Shown: positions 47,553 through 64,000 of the stretch, piece after piece
Numbering within the stretch: position 1 is the stretch's first letter
Layout: each line of letters begins with the position of its first letter
Assembly: GCF_009914755.1 (NCBI RefSeq)
Contig: NC_060929.1
Length of the DNA stretch: 64,000 nt
From: the human T2T-CHM13v2.0 reference genome, Homo sapiens
Direction: 5' to 3' (one strand)
Position numbers and translations under genes: made by a program
Notes under the pieces: model-generated
What the model was told of the DNA's origin: nothing
The model's input: only the letters and a program-made list of their open reading frames with translations
Databases searched by the model: none

Positions 47553-49480
47553 ATGTTTAGTTTCTTAGGAAATGACCAATTGTTTTCCAAAATGTCCGTA
47601 CTATTTTACACTGCCGCCACCAATGTATGAGTAATCCAGTTTCTCTACATGCTCAACAGGATTTGGTATTGCCACTCTTCTTTATTTTAACCATTCTGAT
47701 AGGAGCATAGACATATTTCATTGTGGTATTAATTTGCTTGTTAATAGCTAAGGGTGTTGGACATTTTTTCATGTGCTTATTAGTCATTTATATAGCCTAT
47801 TTGATGGCATATTTGTTCATATATTTTGCTCATTTTCTAACCACATTTTTGGCTTCTTACTATAGAGTTTGGAATAGTATTTATATATTCTAGATAATAT
47901 GCATTTTTGAATCTGCAAATATGTTCTCCCAATCTATAGTTTTTTTAATCCTCTTAATAAAATCATTCATAGAGCAACAGCTTCTAATGTTGATGAAGCA
48001 CAACTGACCAATTTTTCTTCCTATGGATCATATTTTTGTGTCAAGTCTAAGAATACTTTGCCAAGCTCCAGGTCCCAAAGACTTTCTCCTATTTTGTTTC
48101 CAAAATTTTATAGTTTTAGATTTAATGTTTGTGTAAGATGTGAGGTTTAGGTTAATGTTCTTTGTTTTGTTTTGTTGCCTTGTTTTTTTAGGTCTATGGA
48201 TGTCCATTTGCTCCAGCACCATTTGTTGAAAGATTATCTTTCCTCCATTGAATTGTTTTTATACCTTCATGCCATGTTTCCTGTCAGAAATCAGTTGGAC
48301 ATATTTATTGGGTTCTCCATTCGTTCTGTTCCATTGATCTTGGTGTCTAGCCCTCTGTCAATAACACACAGTCTTGAGTACTGTCTTAATTACTGATTCT
48401 TCTGACTTTATTCTTCTTTTTCAAAATTGTTTTAGCCATTCTGGTTGCTTTGCTTTTTCATATAAAATTTAGAATATCCTTGTTTATAATAACCAAAAAT
48501 TTTTCTGAAATTATGGTACACATGTATATCAATTTGGGGAAAAAAGACATATTTACAATGTTTGGTCTTCCAATCCATGGACACCATATATCTCTCCATT
48601 TACTTAGATTTTTGATTTCTCTCATCAGTGTTTTACAGTTTTCAGCATACAAGTCCAGCACATGTTTTGTTAGATTTATTCTAATTATTTCATTTTTGAG
48701 TGATTATAAATTATACTTTTAATTTTGACTTCCAAATATTTTGAAGAGATCTTTGCGGTTACTAAGACAGTATTGTTTCTTAGAAAACTCATCCTATTGT
48801 GACCCTAGGAAATGTCATTTTTACCAGGAGAATTTTGACTCTATCTGAGTTTAACATTTTTTATTTCCTAAGAGCTTTAAATCAGAACTGAGGCAGGAGA
48901 TTCAGTATAGACTGATCATTTAAATGAAGACTCAGGGGCTATGGGGAAGTTGTGTACACATCAAAGCATTAGATGTGTGATAGACTGTCCATTAAGAGAA
49001 GAAAGAGAAATAATAAGGAGGAGGAGGAAGATGAGGAGGAGGAGAAGGGGAAAGAAGGAGGGGGATGAGAAAAGGAGGACATAAGAGTGAAATGCTCTGA
49101 ATAACTGCTAGCTTTACAATTGCTAGTTCTAGTTATGTACTTAAGTTCTAGTCAATGAATTTTCCCAGTGTCCTTCTTGCAAATTTCTTTCTTTTTCTCT
49201 TCTTTCTTCCTCATTCCCTCCATTCACCCCTCCCCACCCCTCCCTCTCTTTCTTTCTTATTTATTTGCTTAAACTAGCTTGAAGTGGTTCTTGAAACCTA
49301 CACCACCAAAAAAATTAATAACAGGTGGCAAAACATAGGAATTCATGTATTCAACAAATATTCATTATGAGCTTCTTGTCAGATTTTAAGATGCCAAGAT
49401 TAATAAATTATGGCTTTTCTCCTTGAAAGCCCATGCTCTAATGGAGAGATCCTGTTACTAACTTCAGAATCCAAAAATGG

Positions 49481-49874
49481 TGTATTAGTCGATGAGGACT
49501 GCCAAAGCAAAGTAGTACAGACTGAGTAATTTAAACGACAGAAATTTATTTTCTCACAGTTCTGAACGCTACTAGTTCAAGAACAAGATGTCTGCAGGGT
49601 TGTTTTCCTGTGAGGGCTGCTATCCTTGGCTTGTAGATGGCTGTCTTCTTTCTGTGTCTTTGCAATGGTTTCCCTTCTGTGTGTGTGTCTGTGTCCCCAT
49701 TTTCTCTTCTTATAACCACATCACCAGTATTGGAGTAGTACATACTTTAGTCACCTTATTTAACCTTAATTACCTCTTTAAAGATCTTATCTCTAAATAC
49801 AGTTGCATTCTGAGATACTGGATGTTAGGACTTCAACATATAAATTTGTGGAGGAAACAATTTATCCCATAACA
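49481..49874 (-). mobile_element. MLT1A/B (MaLR) LTR
   Basis: tgtattagtc...cagaaatttattttctcacagttctg...cttggcttgtagatggctgtcttc...cccataaca; 5-bp TSD aatgg/agtgg. Confidence 0.85.
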
Positions 49875-50203
49875 AGTGGTAATGTTCTTCTATGTCATGT
49901 TGACTGAAACCAGACACATATACAATATAAATGTCCTCAAAAAGAATTCATCAATTTCTCCTTTTAATACTGTTTTTAAATTATTTGTGGTGTTTTCGTC
50001 TTTATCATTAGATTCTTTCTTATATTATGAGAAAATATAGGCAAATCATCTTATAGGTGTTTAAAATCTTATCCTTTCAAACTATCAGTAATTTTGCAAA
50101 TAATAGTAAATGATTTATACTCCTTTCTTATGAATAATAGCATTTTCACACCAGTGATTGCAAATTTGATACAAACTTTTATATTTAAAAACATTAATAG
50201 ACT

Positions 50204-50490
50204 TTTCTTTTTATTTTTTAGTCAGGGTCTCACTCTGTCACCCGGGCTACAGTGCAGTGCTGCAACCATGTTCACTGCAGCCTTGACCTCCTGGCCTCAA
50301 GCAATCCTCCCACCTCAGCCTCCTGAGTAGCTGGGACTCCAGGCACATGCCACCATGCTATTCCTTTTTTGGTAGAGATGGGGTCTTACTATGTTGTCCA
50401 GGCTGGTCTCAAACTCCTGAGCTGAAGCAATCTTCTCACCTCAACCTCCCAAAGTGCTGGGATTACAGGAGTGAGCCACCATTTCCAGCC
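50204..50490 (-). mobile_element. AluJ
   Basis: cagggtctcactctgtcacc...cagccttgacctcctggcctcaagcaatcctcccacctcagcc; TSD aatagact. Confidence 0.9.
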
Positions 50491-50755
50491 AATAGACTGT
50501 TTTTTCAGTAGTTCCAGGTTCTCAGAAAACTTAAGCAGAAAGTACACGGAGTTCCCATACAACCCCTCTCCACCCTCCCTCCTAGTTTCCTCTGTTACTA
50601 GCATCTTGAATTAGAGTGGTATATTTGTTAACATTTATGCCCCAACATTGACACATATTTATTAACCTTATTTCATAGCTTATATTAGTATTTACTCTTT
50701 GCACTGCACAGTGTATGGGTTTTGACAAATGTATAAAGACATGTATCCACCGACA
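50491..50755 (-). mobile_element. L1MD-like 3' end
   Basis: agcagaaagtacacggagttcccatac...ttagagtggtatatttgttaac...gtatgggttttgacaaatgtata. Confidence 0.65.
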
Positions 50756-52639
50756 CTAAGATACAAAATGTTTTTAAGGAAAATATTCTAACAGAGTTTA
50801 TGCAAAACATTTTATTCTACTTTTTTTCTGGTGTTATTCACATGAAGGTGCCATTAAGCACTTGATCACTACATTGATTTGAGGATCTAAAGAAAAGAAC
50901 TGTGCAATCCACACTTATCATACTCTGATATATGGTTGTCATAGTAATATATGTAAATAATTAATCTTTTCATGTAAAATATCGCAAGATCATTTTAAAT
51001 ATTTCCTTGCAATAAAACATTACTCACTGAAATCAGTTATAGTGTTCATGAAAATAAAGTCATCTAAAGTATTAAGAAGAATCATGTGTATTCAGTGGGG
51101 AGGAAGTGGTGAGTGATTTGTTGGGTTGGACCCATGGAGATAAGGTGATAAGTTTGGTTTTGACATCTTAAATGAAGTGTAGACATCTAGTAGATATCTG
51201 GTAGTTAGATAAATTTCTTCTGACTCTTAGGAGAGAGATCTTTGGTAATGCAACAGATTATAGCCTGAAGCCATAGAATCATCCATGGGTGGCAGAAATG
51301 AGAGCCAAAAATAGGTCTTGGGAAATCAACTGGTAGTCTTAAGAAAAGGAACCAATGATAAGATAGAATGGAAAAATGCTTCTAAATGTAGAAAGTCAAG
51401 AAGAGTTAATATCCCATAAGCCAAAAAGGAATTGGCCATCAGCCTGGAAAAGGAAAGCATGTGCTTTTTGTCTGTAGATATATTTGTTAGAGTAATAAAA
51501 ACAGAATTCACAGCAATGTTCAGGCTACCTCCACTTTGCAAGGAACTGAGAATTCAGTATGCCATACAGAGCTAGTGCAGAAATTTCCTCTTCTTTTTTG
51601 AAATAAATAACAATATAAAGTAAAATAATTGAATAACAAATTTTAATATATAGCCAAACTTTCTAAATTTTATATGCCAAGATTGAAGCAGAAATTCAAA
51701 ATCAGAGAGAAGAATGAATACTAAATACAAGCAGCCTACAGGGATATTGGAAATCAAGATATAAAGTAGAGGCTGGTGTTTTAATGCCTGCTGGAGAATG
51801 TGAGATAAGGCTCATGCATAATGAGGTTATTATTATGAACAGAGCTTTCTGCATGAAACCAGTACCACCCATCATAAAAACAGGACAAGTAAAACTTACT
51901 GGAGAGCAAGTTTTTTAAAAGTGACTCGTAATTATAATCCCAAACCTGCAATGTAGACAAATGAGAGCTCCACATACAAACTATCATATAATTCCTGACA
52001 CCCAAATGAGACATTACTATGAAAATAGTTCTTGCTTCTCAAAAGTGTATAAATTCCCAGGACAGGCAAAGGCAAATCTACCCTCTAAAGATACTTCCAT
52101 ACTCAGTGACTCACAATGAAAACATTCTTCACTGAAGAAGAGTATCCTCTAAAATCTATAAAACACGGAAGGACATGAACCACTGTAGTGAACAGTCAGG
52201 AGATAATACATAATAAAACTATTTTTAAAGAGTAAGCCTGAAGTAACATCTTAATCTGTTTCAAGAATCTGGGCAGTGGAGAGAAGAAAAGAGAGGACAT
52301 AAACTAGAGGGCAATATGGATACATAAATGAGAAATATTTGATTATGTTGATGTGCTGATAAGAAGAAAGGACTTTCAGAAAGGTGAAATTAACATCATT
52401 TCAAAAGTGAGGAACAGCCAGTGTTAAAGCACCTCTGATGAGATATTTAAAGTATAAGTGGAGAAATTTGCTTTAAACAATAGGAGAAAAATTCTTTTGC
52501 AAATAAAATAAAATGTAGGCAAATGAGTATAAGTTTGTAGAAAAGAGCAACAAGAATTAGAAAAGTTTTTAATTTCATAACATTAGCTCAATTCATATAA
52601 GAATGGTGAGATTCAGATATTGTTAGTAATCTGAGCGAG

Positions 52640-54420
<1,781 letters not shown>

Positions 54421-55041
54421 AAAAGTAAAACAATACAAATGAATAACATGAACAATGGTGGTTATCAGCCAGAATTTGGTGAATCTCAAAATTTTACATA
54501 TCACTGTACAGAACCATACAGCTAAGAATATGCAAGATTAGCCTTCTAAAGTAGACGTGCAAAACAACCAGTCAAAATTAGAAGAAGCAATCAGGGTGTT
54601 CTGAAAACACTTTACATTTTGAAAAATAAGATAAACTCTACACCATATATAGAACCAAAAATACGCTAGAAGCAACAGCATTAGTTATACGAGGATAAAA
54701 ACATATGTTCATTCTCTCAGTAAGAGAAAATAAAAAACGTCAGTAGAAACTAAAACACATTCAAGAAAATGATTATTTAAATAGAGAAAAACTAAAACAT
54801 AACACAAATTTGAGCAATTATGTATAAGAAAGCAGACAACCCAATTAATTGGATATTAAGGATTGCTTTTTCCAGTGGGTGACCAGAATGTTGGAACTGT
54901 AGATGACATAATATAATACTAGCACATTTCTAATTTCATCAGTGGTGAACACTTTCATTGTAATACTTTAAGTTCCACAAACTGGTTTTAAAGCTTTAGG
55001 CTGCTTGTGGTAATCAATAGGAGAGGGATGTAAATTTAATC

Positions 55042-55509
55042 TGTGAAAGTTGTTCATATGAATTGAGTCATTCTTACCATACCTAACTAATACAGAGTCA
55101 AGAAGCCAGGGGGAAAATCACTCAGAGCACATAGCATTGTTCCAAGAATGTAATTCTCTGCCAGCTTGGCTGCCGAAACCACATGCTATAACCTGAAACC
55201 AGTTTAATCTAAGGCTTCTGAAACACCCTGTTCCAACACTTAGGCCAGTTTTGCTCACTACTGTCACTTATCATTCAAACCTTGCCAATTCTCAAAACTT
55301 TACTTGTGTCAATGAACTTTCTCAAAGAGCAGTACATTTGAAATGTACATAACATTCCTCCTTTTTATAAAACCTCCAATCTTCTCTTTGTTCTTTGAAC
55401 ATACTGAAGGCTATCCAGCCTGTGCATATGCCCCAAATTGCAATTCTTTCTTCCCAAATAAACATTAAATGTAGAGCTTTGTATCTTCATATTTTATTTG
55501 GCCTCAACA
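55042..55509 (+). mobile_element. MER4-group ERV1 solo LTR (subfamily unresolved)
   Basis: tgtgaaagttg...tttataaaacctccaatcttctctttgttct...gcaattctttcttcccaaataaa...caaca; TG...CA ends, TATA-like and AATAAA motifs. Confidence 0.7.
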
Positions 55510-56381
55510 CATTAAAGAGCAACATATATTTTTAACCTTGATAATGTTAGAAGGATTAAAGTGGAGAGACAACATTGAGAGGAAAAAAAAAGAGTGCTAA
55601 TAGTAGGAGATAAAGCAATAGGATTTTAGATATAAAGTTATTATGATAGATGTAAACAATACAAAAATTGACTACATATAAAAATAACTGAGAGAATAGA
55701 AAAGTAAAATATTCATTTGAAATAACAAGAAGTCAATAAACACTATCATTGATCAATCAATAATGTATCTATAAACATATATAAAAAGAACTGAAAACGG
55801 AAACAGCAAGCAAAAGTGTCTTATGAGGATGGAGTGAAGGAAAAGGGTGGAAGGGATGGACACTATTCATTTATCTATGTAAGCCTTTCTGTATTATTTG
55901 ATTGTTCAAAAATGACTAAATATTACCTTTATTTAATTTGCCTAACAAGGTAAGCAATATATTTCCCAACATATGCACTTCATATCATTGCCACAGTTGT
56001 CTTTCATGGTTTCCATATTTTCATGTAAAGAAATCATACCTTTTTAAGACAACCATATATAATAACATACTCCCACATATAATCAGTTATAAAATAACAT
56101 AGATTCTTTCCTCATGATAATTGTTATTATGAGTACTGCATTTCAAATAAATGACTACAGTATAGGCAGGAAAAAGTTGTTTGTAGATTTAAAGTCCTCT
56201 CCACTGTGACTTCAGTGATTTTTCAACTTTGTCTTCCATTGCACTCCTACATGAACCATTTGTCACTGCATACTGATGCCATATGCAACTGTCCGTCATC
56301 CACACATACATTCAAATTAATATTGAGTACCTGTGATATACTATTCACTGGAACTGAAGGGTTATAAGACTGTGTAAAGCA

Positions 56382-56782
<401 letters not shown>

Positions 56783-58299
56783 TCAGAAAGCTAAGTTGAA
56801 ACAAAAATGGATGCTAAGAGCATTGCAGCTTGTCATACTCCCCGCAACAACGTCATGTGCTACACATTACAGAATCTTTCATCAGCGAAAGTATAAAGCC
56901 ACTTAATGTGGGCCTTTAGGGAGTCTTCTGAAAAGAATAAAAACTGAAAATGTTAAAGCCATGAACTTCAAGCGTGCACTAAGTACTAAATAGCAGAGCT
57001 CTTATCTGAAATTTCTTTCTCCAGAAAACCCAGCCCAGTGATAAACTCCTATCACTTCATAATATTTACTTATACTGCTCATTCACTTATACTGCTACTC
57101 ATTTAGTCATATTGTTCTATGGGAGTACATGTGACTCTCTTGTTATTTCACCTTTCGCCTATATATGTGTGTATCTGGATTCAGTACATGAATAGGATTG
57201 TGTGTTACACTTCCTTGTGCCCACAAAGCCTCCACAGTAGGTTTCTAACTAGACTGAAAGATGAGTAGCTATTGATGGAGGGATAAAATTAATATTAATG
57301 ACAACAAATTGTTGAAAGTGAATAATTCAATAATCTATTAATGACTTAAGTAAAACCACAGTGCAAGTTACTAATTGAGGCTATTAAATTTACTGATCAG
57401 TTACTTGATGCCATATAGGCACTGTCACCAAAGAATTTGTATAAAGCTACCCTTTACATGAATTCATACTAATAATAAAATTTTAAAACAGAACCTAGTA
57501 GATGTTTCTGCTAATCATGTAAGATCTGTTTATCGTTTTGACAAGTTACTGTGTCTATAATTAAGATTTGAAAATTATAAAGCCTAAGAACAGTTATAAT
57601 TTTCAACAGTGTGATGCACCTTGTGTTATCAGACCATTATCCTCCCTGCTTTATGAGCCTGATATTTAAAAGATGAATGTTAACACTTTATACTTGAGGC
57701 AGATGTTAATATTATCCTTCATTCCTGGCCAATCTTTTTATGAAAGTAAGTGCCATGAGCCTCAGGGCACATGTTGCATCTAATTACAATATAGGAATCT
57801 CTGCATCAGAGATTTAAACATGAAATACCCACATTTATTATGTTGTTTGCACTGCTAAACCAGGAAAAGTTATGACTAAATAATCTCTACCCTTAGGAGC
57901 TGTGAATGCAAACTGGGCAATATTTGGCATGTCAAATATAGAGAACACACAACACTATGACCAGTACAAAAGACTGAGAAAAATGCACATGTCCTTAATG
58001 CACAGAGCTGGAGGTGCATCTCAGAGAGAAAATTACTGCTTGTTATAGAGGCAAAGATGTTGGAAGATAACACCACTCTGATTCTCAAATCACCCTAAAA
58101 GAATATAATAGTGTTTCATGCTGTTTTAACAGTAATTCAATCAAAGAGCAAGATTGCAACTTAAAGGATTATTATATTAACACACAACCTTGTTACAAAA
58201 ATGGGAAAAAATATTCTAGTCTAAATATGTCCAGAACAGCCAAGCCTTTAAGAAGGGGGCTTACAATCTGCTTTAAAGATTAGTTTAAATTCAACTCTC

Positions 58300-59000
58300 A
58301 GTTACTATACATTTTGAACTTCACTGAATCTGTAGGGAATATAAAAGTAGGAAAAAGTATCATGTCCTGAAGGAACTTGGAATCACGTTGAGGAAATACA
58401 AGTAGTACTCAAGAAATAACCAGAATACAACCTAAAGGAAATTAAATGTGATATATAGTATTGCTGTAAGTCTATAGGAAACCCAAAATAAGAGAAAGTC
58501 AATGTACAGTGAATTCACGAAAGCAAGTCTCAGGGATCAGGTAAATTTTCATCTGGGTTTTGAGACATATGTTAATCATATGTCCTCTGCATGGCATAGT
58601 GTGTGGCTTTACTTGGATTTTGTGACATCCAAGTGGAGGAAAAAAGCAAAGACAGGAAATGAATTTCCCTACAAATAGAAAACAGAAAGACAACAAAAAT
58701 CCACATAAATTGAGCCCACTGTGAGAAGGCCAGAAAAGACAGAAAAGCATGCATATGGTCTTTGAAGGGTGCACAGGCCAGATAAAACTTGGGTGGCAGA
58801 ATGAAATGATAAAATTGAATTCCAAGAAGAATAATCCAACAAGAATGCCCAGGATAAAATGAAATCTACAGAAACTTTTGGGAAGTATGAGGTCATTTCA
58901 ATAATCTTGGTATCTGGGGATAAGAAAGCAGATCAGTTCTCTGGCAAATGGAAAGGAGAGGAAACAGCAAATTGTGGAGAATTCTACAGCACAACAATCT
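58300..59000 (-). mobile_element. L2 fragments
   Basis: tcctgaaggaacttggaatc...aaatctacagaaacttttg...ttcaataatcttggtatctggggataag...gcaaattgtggaga. Confidence 0.5.
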
Positions 59001-60784
59001 CCCCACCTTGGTGGTCAGTTTCTACCTACAGAAAACAGTCTTGAAGATCTTGTAACCAATCCCCAATGACTATGTGGCATTCAGAAAATTCTCCCTCCAC
59101 AGGTTACATTAGGGAGCTGAGCTTGCTGGCCTCAGGAACATCATGGTGCAAACACTCTGTTTCCAACAGTAGAAAAAAATTAAGGTCACCCATTGTGCCA
59201 ATTCAGAGAAGAGCTTGACAGAAGCAAGGAGCAGGATGCAGCGGAATATAAATATTCTGTTACTATGATGAAGAGCTTTCAGTTGAAAATGAAAGCAGTA
59301 GACCTGCTGTGTTCTGTTTAGTCACCCAAGAAAGGCTTATTTATATTTCTTTACACCGTTCACCCAGGTTAACCAAATTGACAGGCTTTTCAAAACTTCA
59401 GGCTACTATTACTTTCACCATCATTTCTCCTTTGTTATTATTAATATGATTAGTTTCATTTTTGGAATTGGATGGGAATAACAAAAATAACCTAACTGTT
59501 AAAGTCCCCAAGCCATATTTGACTACAGTTATAAAGTTGGTTCTCACTCAGTAACTTAGGAAATTAAAAACACTAAATCTAGGATTTTCTCCACTGGGAC
59601 CTAATCCAGTCCAATTTAGAAGTTGAGGATTTATAAAGGCTTTTCGGAAAGAAATGGGAAAACGTCAGCTGCAATTTCTTGCTAGACTTGAACTGAATCT
59701 ATTAACCTTGCCCAGAGAATATAATGTTACAGTTATCTCATTTACAATGTTATTGTATATGATTTATGGCCACAGTATCAAGCCTCAAACTAGGTTTTGT
59801 AGTTTTAAGTTAAATTTACATGTCTGTAATACAAATGATATTTTTTTCTTGTTCAGATGAAAAGATATTAAAAAGTGATTGATAATATTTCAGTTGGATG
59901 GAAATATACAGCATGACTTAGTCTACTGAAGGGAAAAAAACATTAGTTAGACAGTTATTATGAATATGTACGTTCACACCACTTCATGCTTCCTATCTTT
60001 TAATGTATGCCTGGTTATCAACTGCTAGACGTCTTTTGAATTATTTTTAGAGTACAATGGGTAACAAATCTATATAAAAATGAGATTCAAAAGAACAACC
60101 AAAAGGACAAGGAAAAAATGGATCTTCTATGCAGTTCAGCTAAGATCAATCCCGATGGCTAAAACTCTCTTAGGTACCACCATTTTAGCGTGTGTCCTTT
60201 ATCTAACACTATATAATGGTCTTTAAATAGTCGCACGAAAACCTCTCTGACATTGTCACCATTATTGAAACCCAAGAGAATTTGTGTCACTATAAACTAT
60301 AAGAGTTTGACGTTTGATTTGGGGGGTACGTGTTTTATTGGAAATGGTTGTTGTAATGCAACTTGAAAGATATGACCCACAGCTGAAAAGTCAGTACCAG
60401 ATATAGACCAAGGATTTAGCAACACCCTCACTAGCAAAGTAACAACATCCAGAGTCCTGCAAATCTGAATTAAAATAAAACATCCCATTTGGAGTCCTCT
60501 GACTAGGTCATATGGTATACACAAATATTTTTAAATTATATAATATCAAATAAATTTCATAATTTGAGTACAGTCATAAATAAAATCCCTGCTGCCCAAG
60601 CTCTATTTATTGAGAATATATTCACATTTATTGCTGCAGAGTGAAGTGTATGTACATCAACTCAAATTAATTTCAGTCAGAATCACTATATAACTAATTT
60701 TGTGTGTTTGAACTCTGTCTGTTCACATTTGGGAGATCTTTTGAAAATCTATTATAGTTGTGCTTTTTAAAGAGTTTTTTCTTG

Positions 60785-61230
60785 TGTATCAGTTAAAATT
60801 ATATTGAGTTTCTAATAATAGAGAACTAAAATAAGAGTCTTGAATGAGAAAGGAATTTATTTTTTCTCATAAACCTGCTGTCTGAGACAGGTACAGCAGT
60901 TCTATACATATCATTAGGAAATCTGGTACCTTTTATCTTTCTGTTCCACCATCCTTAGTATGTGGCTTTCATCCCCAGAGTGACATTATCACAGTCATCT
61001 TGTCATTCTCAGGGTCATTTCAGAGTCACCTCATTTTCATAAGATAGCTGCTGGAGTCCAGCCATCACACCCACATTTCAGTTAGGAAGAAGGATTAAGT
61101 AAGTGGGTTCAGAGGCGTGTATCATCTGAATGGGCCCATTTCAAAGAATTTTCACTGAAACTCCACCTGAATATTTCTGCTTGTATCTTATCAATGCCTA
61201 CAAAAGAAACTGGAAAATAGTTTGTTTACG
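60785..61230 (-). mobile_element. MLT1J/K/L-type MaLR LTR
   Basis: ttctgttccaccatccttagtatgtggctttcatcc...aagatagctgctggagtccagccatcacacccacatttcag. Confidence 0.7.
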
Positions 61231-61825
61231 AGAAACCATGCTAGTGGCAATACTCCTGGGGAGTTAAAATATTACATGTTTAATTGCTTTGTTAGTTGTT
61301 ACATACAGATTTATGAATATTATATTTCTCACAGACTGGTCTTTATCTTATTCAATGCTTGTAGTTTTAAAGTACACATTATCTAATATTAATATTAGTC
61401 ATTCTACCTTCGTTTTGTATGCATATTTCTGGTGTATCTTTACACAATCCTGTATTTTTAACTTTTGTAAGTAACTGGTTCAAGTGTTTCATGTAAACAC
61501 ATGAAATTGGGTTTTAATTCTTAACTCAATCTAACATTAACTGTTTTTTAATGAAATAATGCAGTGTGCTTACATTTACTGTAAGGACTGCAATACATTG
61601 TTTCATTGTTCCCACCTTATATTTATTTTTATTATTTTTTTCCTTTTCTCTTTCCCTAATTTTGCTGGTATAGTCATGAAGTTATTTATTATATTTTCCT
61701 CTTATTAATTTGGATATTCAATTGTGCCTTTTCATTCAATTCACTGGTACTTTCTCTTTCCTTGCTCTCATAATATATTCTATAAATTTAACTACTTTCT
61801 TTTCATTACTTTAATTGCTACCTTC

Positions 61826-62330
61826 TATGGCAGACTGCTAGCTACAGTTGCCTGCCCACTCTATATCCATCTACTTTTCTCCCTTAACTGAGAGACCTGA
61901 TTTTATTTCAAAACTCCCAGCCTCCCTCATAGCTAGGCATAGGGAATGAGATGCAAGGAGAGATTCTTGAGGGATTCTGGGAGTGCTTTTCAAAGCTTTT
62001 CAAAGACAGATGGTTCAGCTGGGAGTAATCTTCTCTGACTTTCTTCATTTTCACTTCTTCCTCCTTAAAATACAGATGAGATAGCTGAGCTCTGGAAACT
62101 GTCCTGGACCATGAGGTGACCTTGTAAATGTTCACATGCTAAGAATGGCAAAACAGAAGGTATCTAATAAGTGTTCACATGCTAAGGATGGCAGAACAAC
62201 ATGATGGAGGAGACACGGGTCCTGATGATGTTGTGTGATTTGCACTAGGGCCTGGGACTGCTCTGCATGTCTATGTCACAAAGAAAGGAAAAAACTAGTT
62301 TATTTAATTAAGTGGGGGTATTTTTTGCTT
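61826..62330 (+). mobile_element. MLT1J-type MaLR LTR
   Basis: ggaatgagatgcaaggag...ggaccatgaggtgacc...cacatgctaaggatggcagaac. Confidence 0.65.
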
Positions 62331-64000
62331 GTGGAAAAGGTGCTTTTTAACAAGTTAGTACAATTACTTATTACACACTTTTTTATTTTCCTGCTCCCAT
62401 AGTCAGATTCATATAACTCAATTAGTACCCTAACTATGATATCGATTTTTTTTTTCACAACATGCTTTGTTTCTTCTCTTGGTCCTCTCTCACTCAAATA
62501 TCACACTATTCCAATAGTTTCATCATTTATCCCTTCTATTTTCATCCTTCTCCACCTCCCTGCATGTGATTTTGGGAACACATTCATTTCCACTAACCTC
62601 CACTCCAGGATGTGTTGGATAATTCAGAAATCATTAGAAGTTGTTTTCTTTCAAGACTATTTCCTTAACTTATATATCATTCAGTTATGAGCAGCTCATG
62701 CTTCTTATCCATTTAAATTGTTTAACTGTTTTCCTCTCTTCTTCTTAACATTTGGTCTCACTTCTAAGTTTTTGTTTGGTTAAATCCTTTTATTTATTGC
62801 TTTTTCTCAGATGGGACGAGAGGGTAATGTGTCTTGAAATCTTGCATCTTCACAGACAATCTCCTTTCATCCTGATGAGTTTGTAAGATGTTGTTTATAT
62901 CTAAGATTCTTAGATTTTAATCCTTTTGTTTCAGTTGTCTGTAGATCCTCTCCACTGCCTTATAGCTTTAAAGTTTGTAAATAATGCAAATTTTTAATAA
63001 TTTCAAAATTCCTGTTCTTATAGTATTACTTTTATTTGTGGTTGTCACATTCCAATTTTGAAAATGAATTTAGATTCAAAGTTTATATACCTCTCCAAGA
63101 ATACTTTATTAGAGAATTTTTAATTTTTTCTCTGCAGTATCTCTATCAAAGTCATTTCATCTGCTTATTTTAATAAATCCTTTTTATAATGAACATTTTT
63201 TTCAAGTGCCTTATAATCCTTGGTTGTCCATTCATATTTAAGTGTAGGAGATATAAAGTTGATATTAAACTTTGTGTACATGGGATTGGTTTGAATAGTG
63301 GGCTTCACTTTAAGATGTGTGGGGGATGTTAGATATTTTTATTTCTAGACCCTAAAATGCTTTCTTCTGATTTGTTTTCTTTAGAGGAAAAATGTCCAGC
63401 ATCTTTTTTAGTAGGTAAAAATGTTGCTGGTATTATTTATGCATGGGGCAGAGATGAAGTAGCTGGGGTCTGATTACTACGCATATGAATTTGCAGTTAA
63501 TCTCCCTTTTCACTCCTATACGGGACCCACATTTCCTGCAATTCCTGAGCTCCAAACCTCTTCTTTTCAAATTCTCCAGAAAGTAAAGCTCCAAATTTCC
63601 CACCAATAATCTTCATTTCCTTATTTATGTTCAGACAACAAGTAGCTAGCAGATAACTTCTCTAGGAATAGAGAACTAGTGAATTCAATTCAAAGTTAGA
63701 TTATTCAAAATTATTTATGATTACTTGGCTGTTGTTCAGCATAATCTCTTCCTATTTGGAACATATAATATACTTTATTCAAAGTATGCATGTTTAAGGC
63801 TATCATTAGCCTTATGAAAATGGTTTCATTGGGCTATTAAGGCACATTGTATCACAAAAATAGGTCGAAATTGGACTATCTGTACATTTTCTTTCCAAAG
63901 ATAATTTTCATCATAACTGAAAATTCAAGTTAATCTAGTGAAAATTGAGTTTTCCTAGATTGCCTCCAATTCTATTCAAGAGTTATATTACAGCTACTAG

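Larger units (their letters stand above)
45755..48740 (-). mobile_element. L1MC1/2-like 3' portion, interrupted by an Alu and a retrocopy
   Basis: L1MC-type 3' end (gagataattataggttcgcatacag; gtacaatatcacagccagg); ORF2-like ORF 48458-48661 (KWRDIWCPWIGRPNIVNM); reads continuously once both inserts are removed. Confidence 0.8.

Noticed and set aside
60297-60524. 75-aa minus-strand ORF with an acceptor-like site
   Set aside because: No recognisable protein and no convincing donor.

Overview
Repeat-dense primate genomic DNA, probably catarrhine or human-like given the L1PA3/4, L1PA7 and AluY copies. It looks intronic or intergenic, and I see no intact protein-coding gene or RNA gene. The long ORFs in the track are decayed LINE-1 ORF1/ORF2 pieces. 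The window holds five L1PA copies (two with twin-priming 5' inversions), several old L1M/L2/MIR fragments, Alus, solo LTRs (two LTR1-family, LTR26, MER34, MER68, LTR16, MaLR) and hAT MITEs. The best observations are invisible in the ORF track. (1) A full-length, TSD-flanked processed pseudogene of the meiotic gene C1orf146 (SPO16/SCRE) lies on the minus strand inside an old L1MC. (2) Two pairs of neighbouring L1 copies share runs of non-consensus variants, one a shared stop codon, which suggests local non-allelic gene conversion. (3) A locally templated inverted 136-bp insertion sits next to a serial triplication. (4) An in-frame deletion of about 1.6 kb removes the endonuclease from an L1 ORF2. 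I do not see a new biological system; these are genome-evolution events. Subfamily and protein assignments rest on remembered consensus sequences and need database confirmation.
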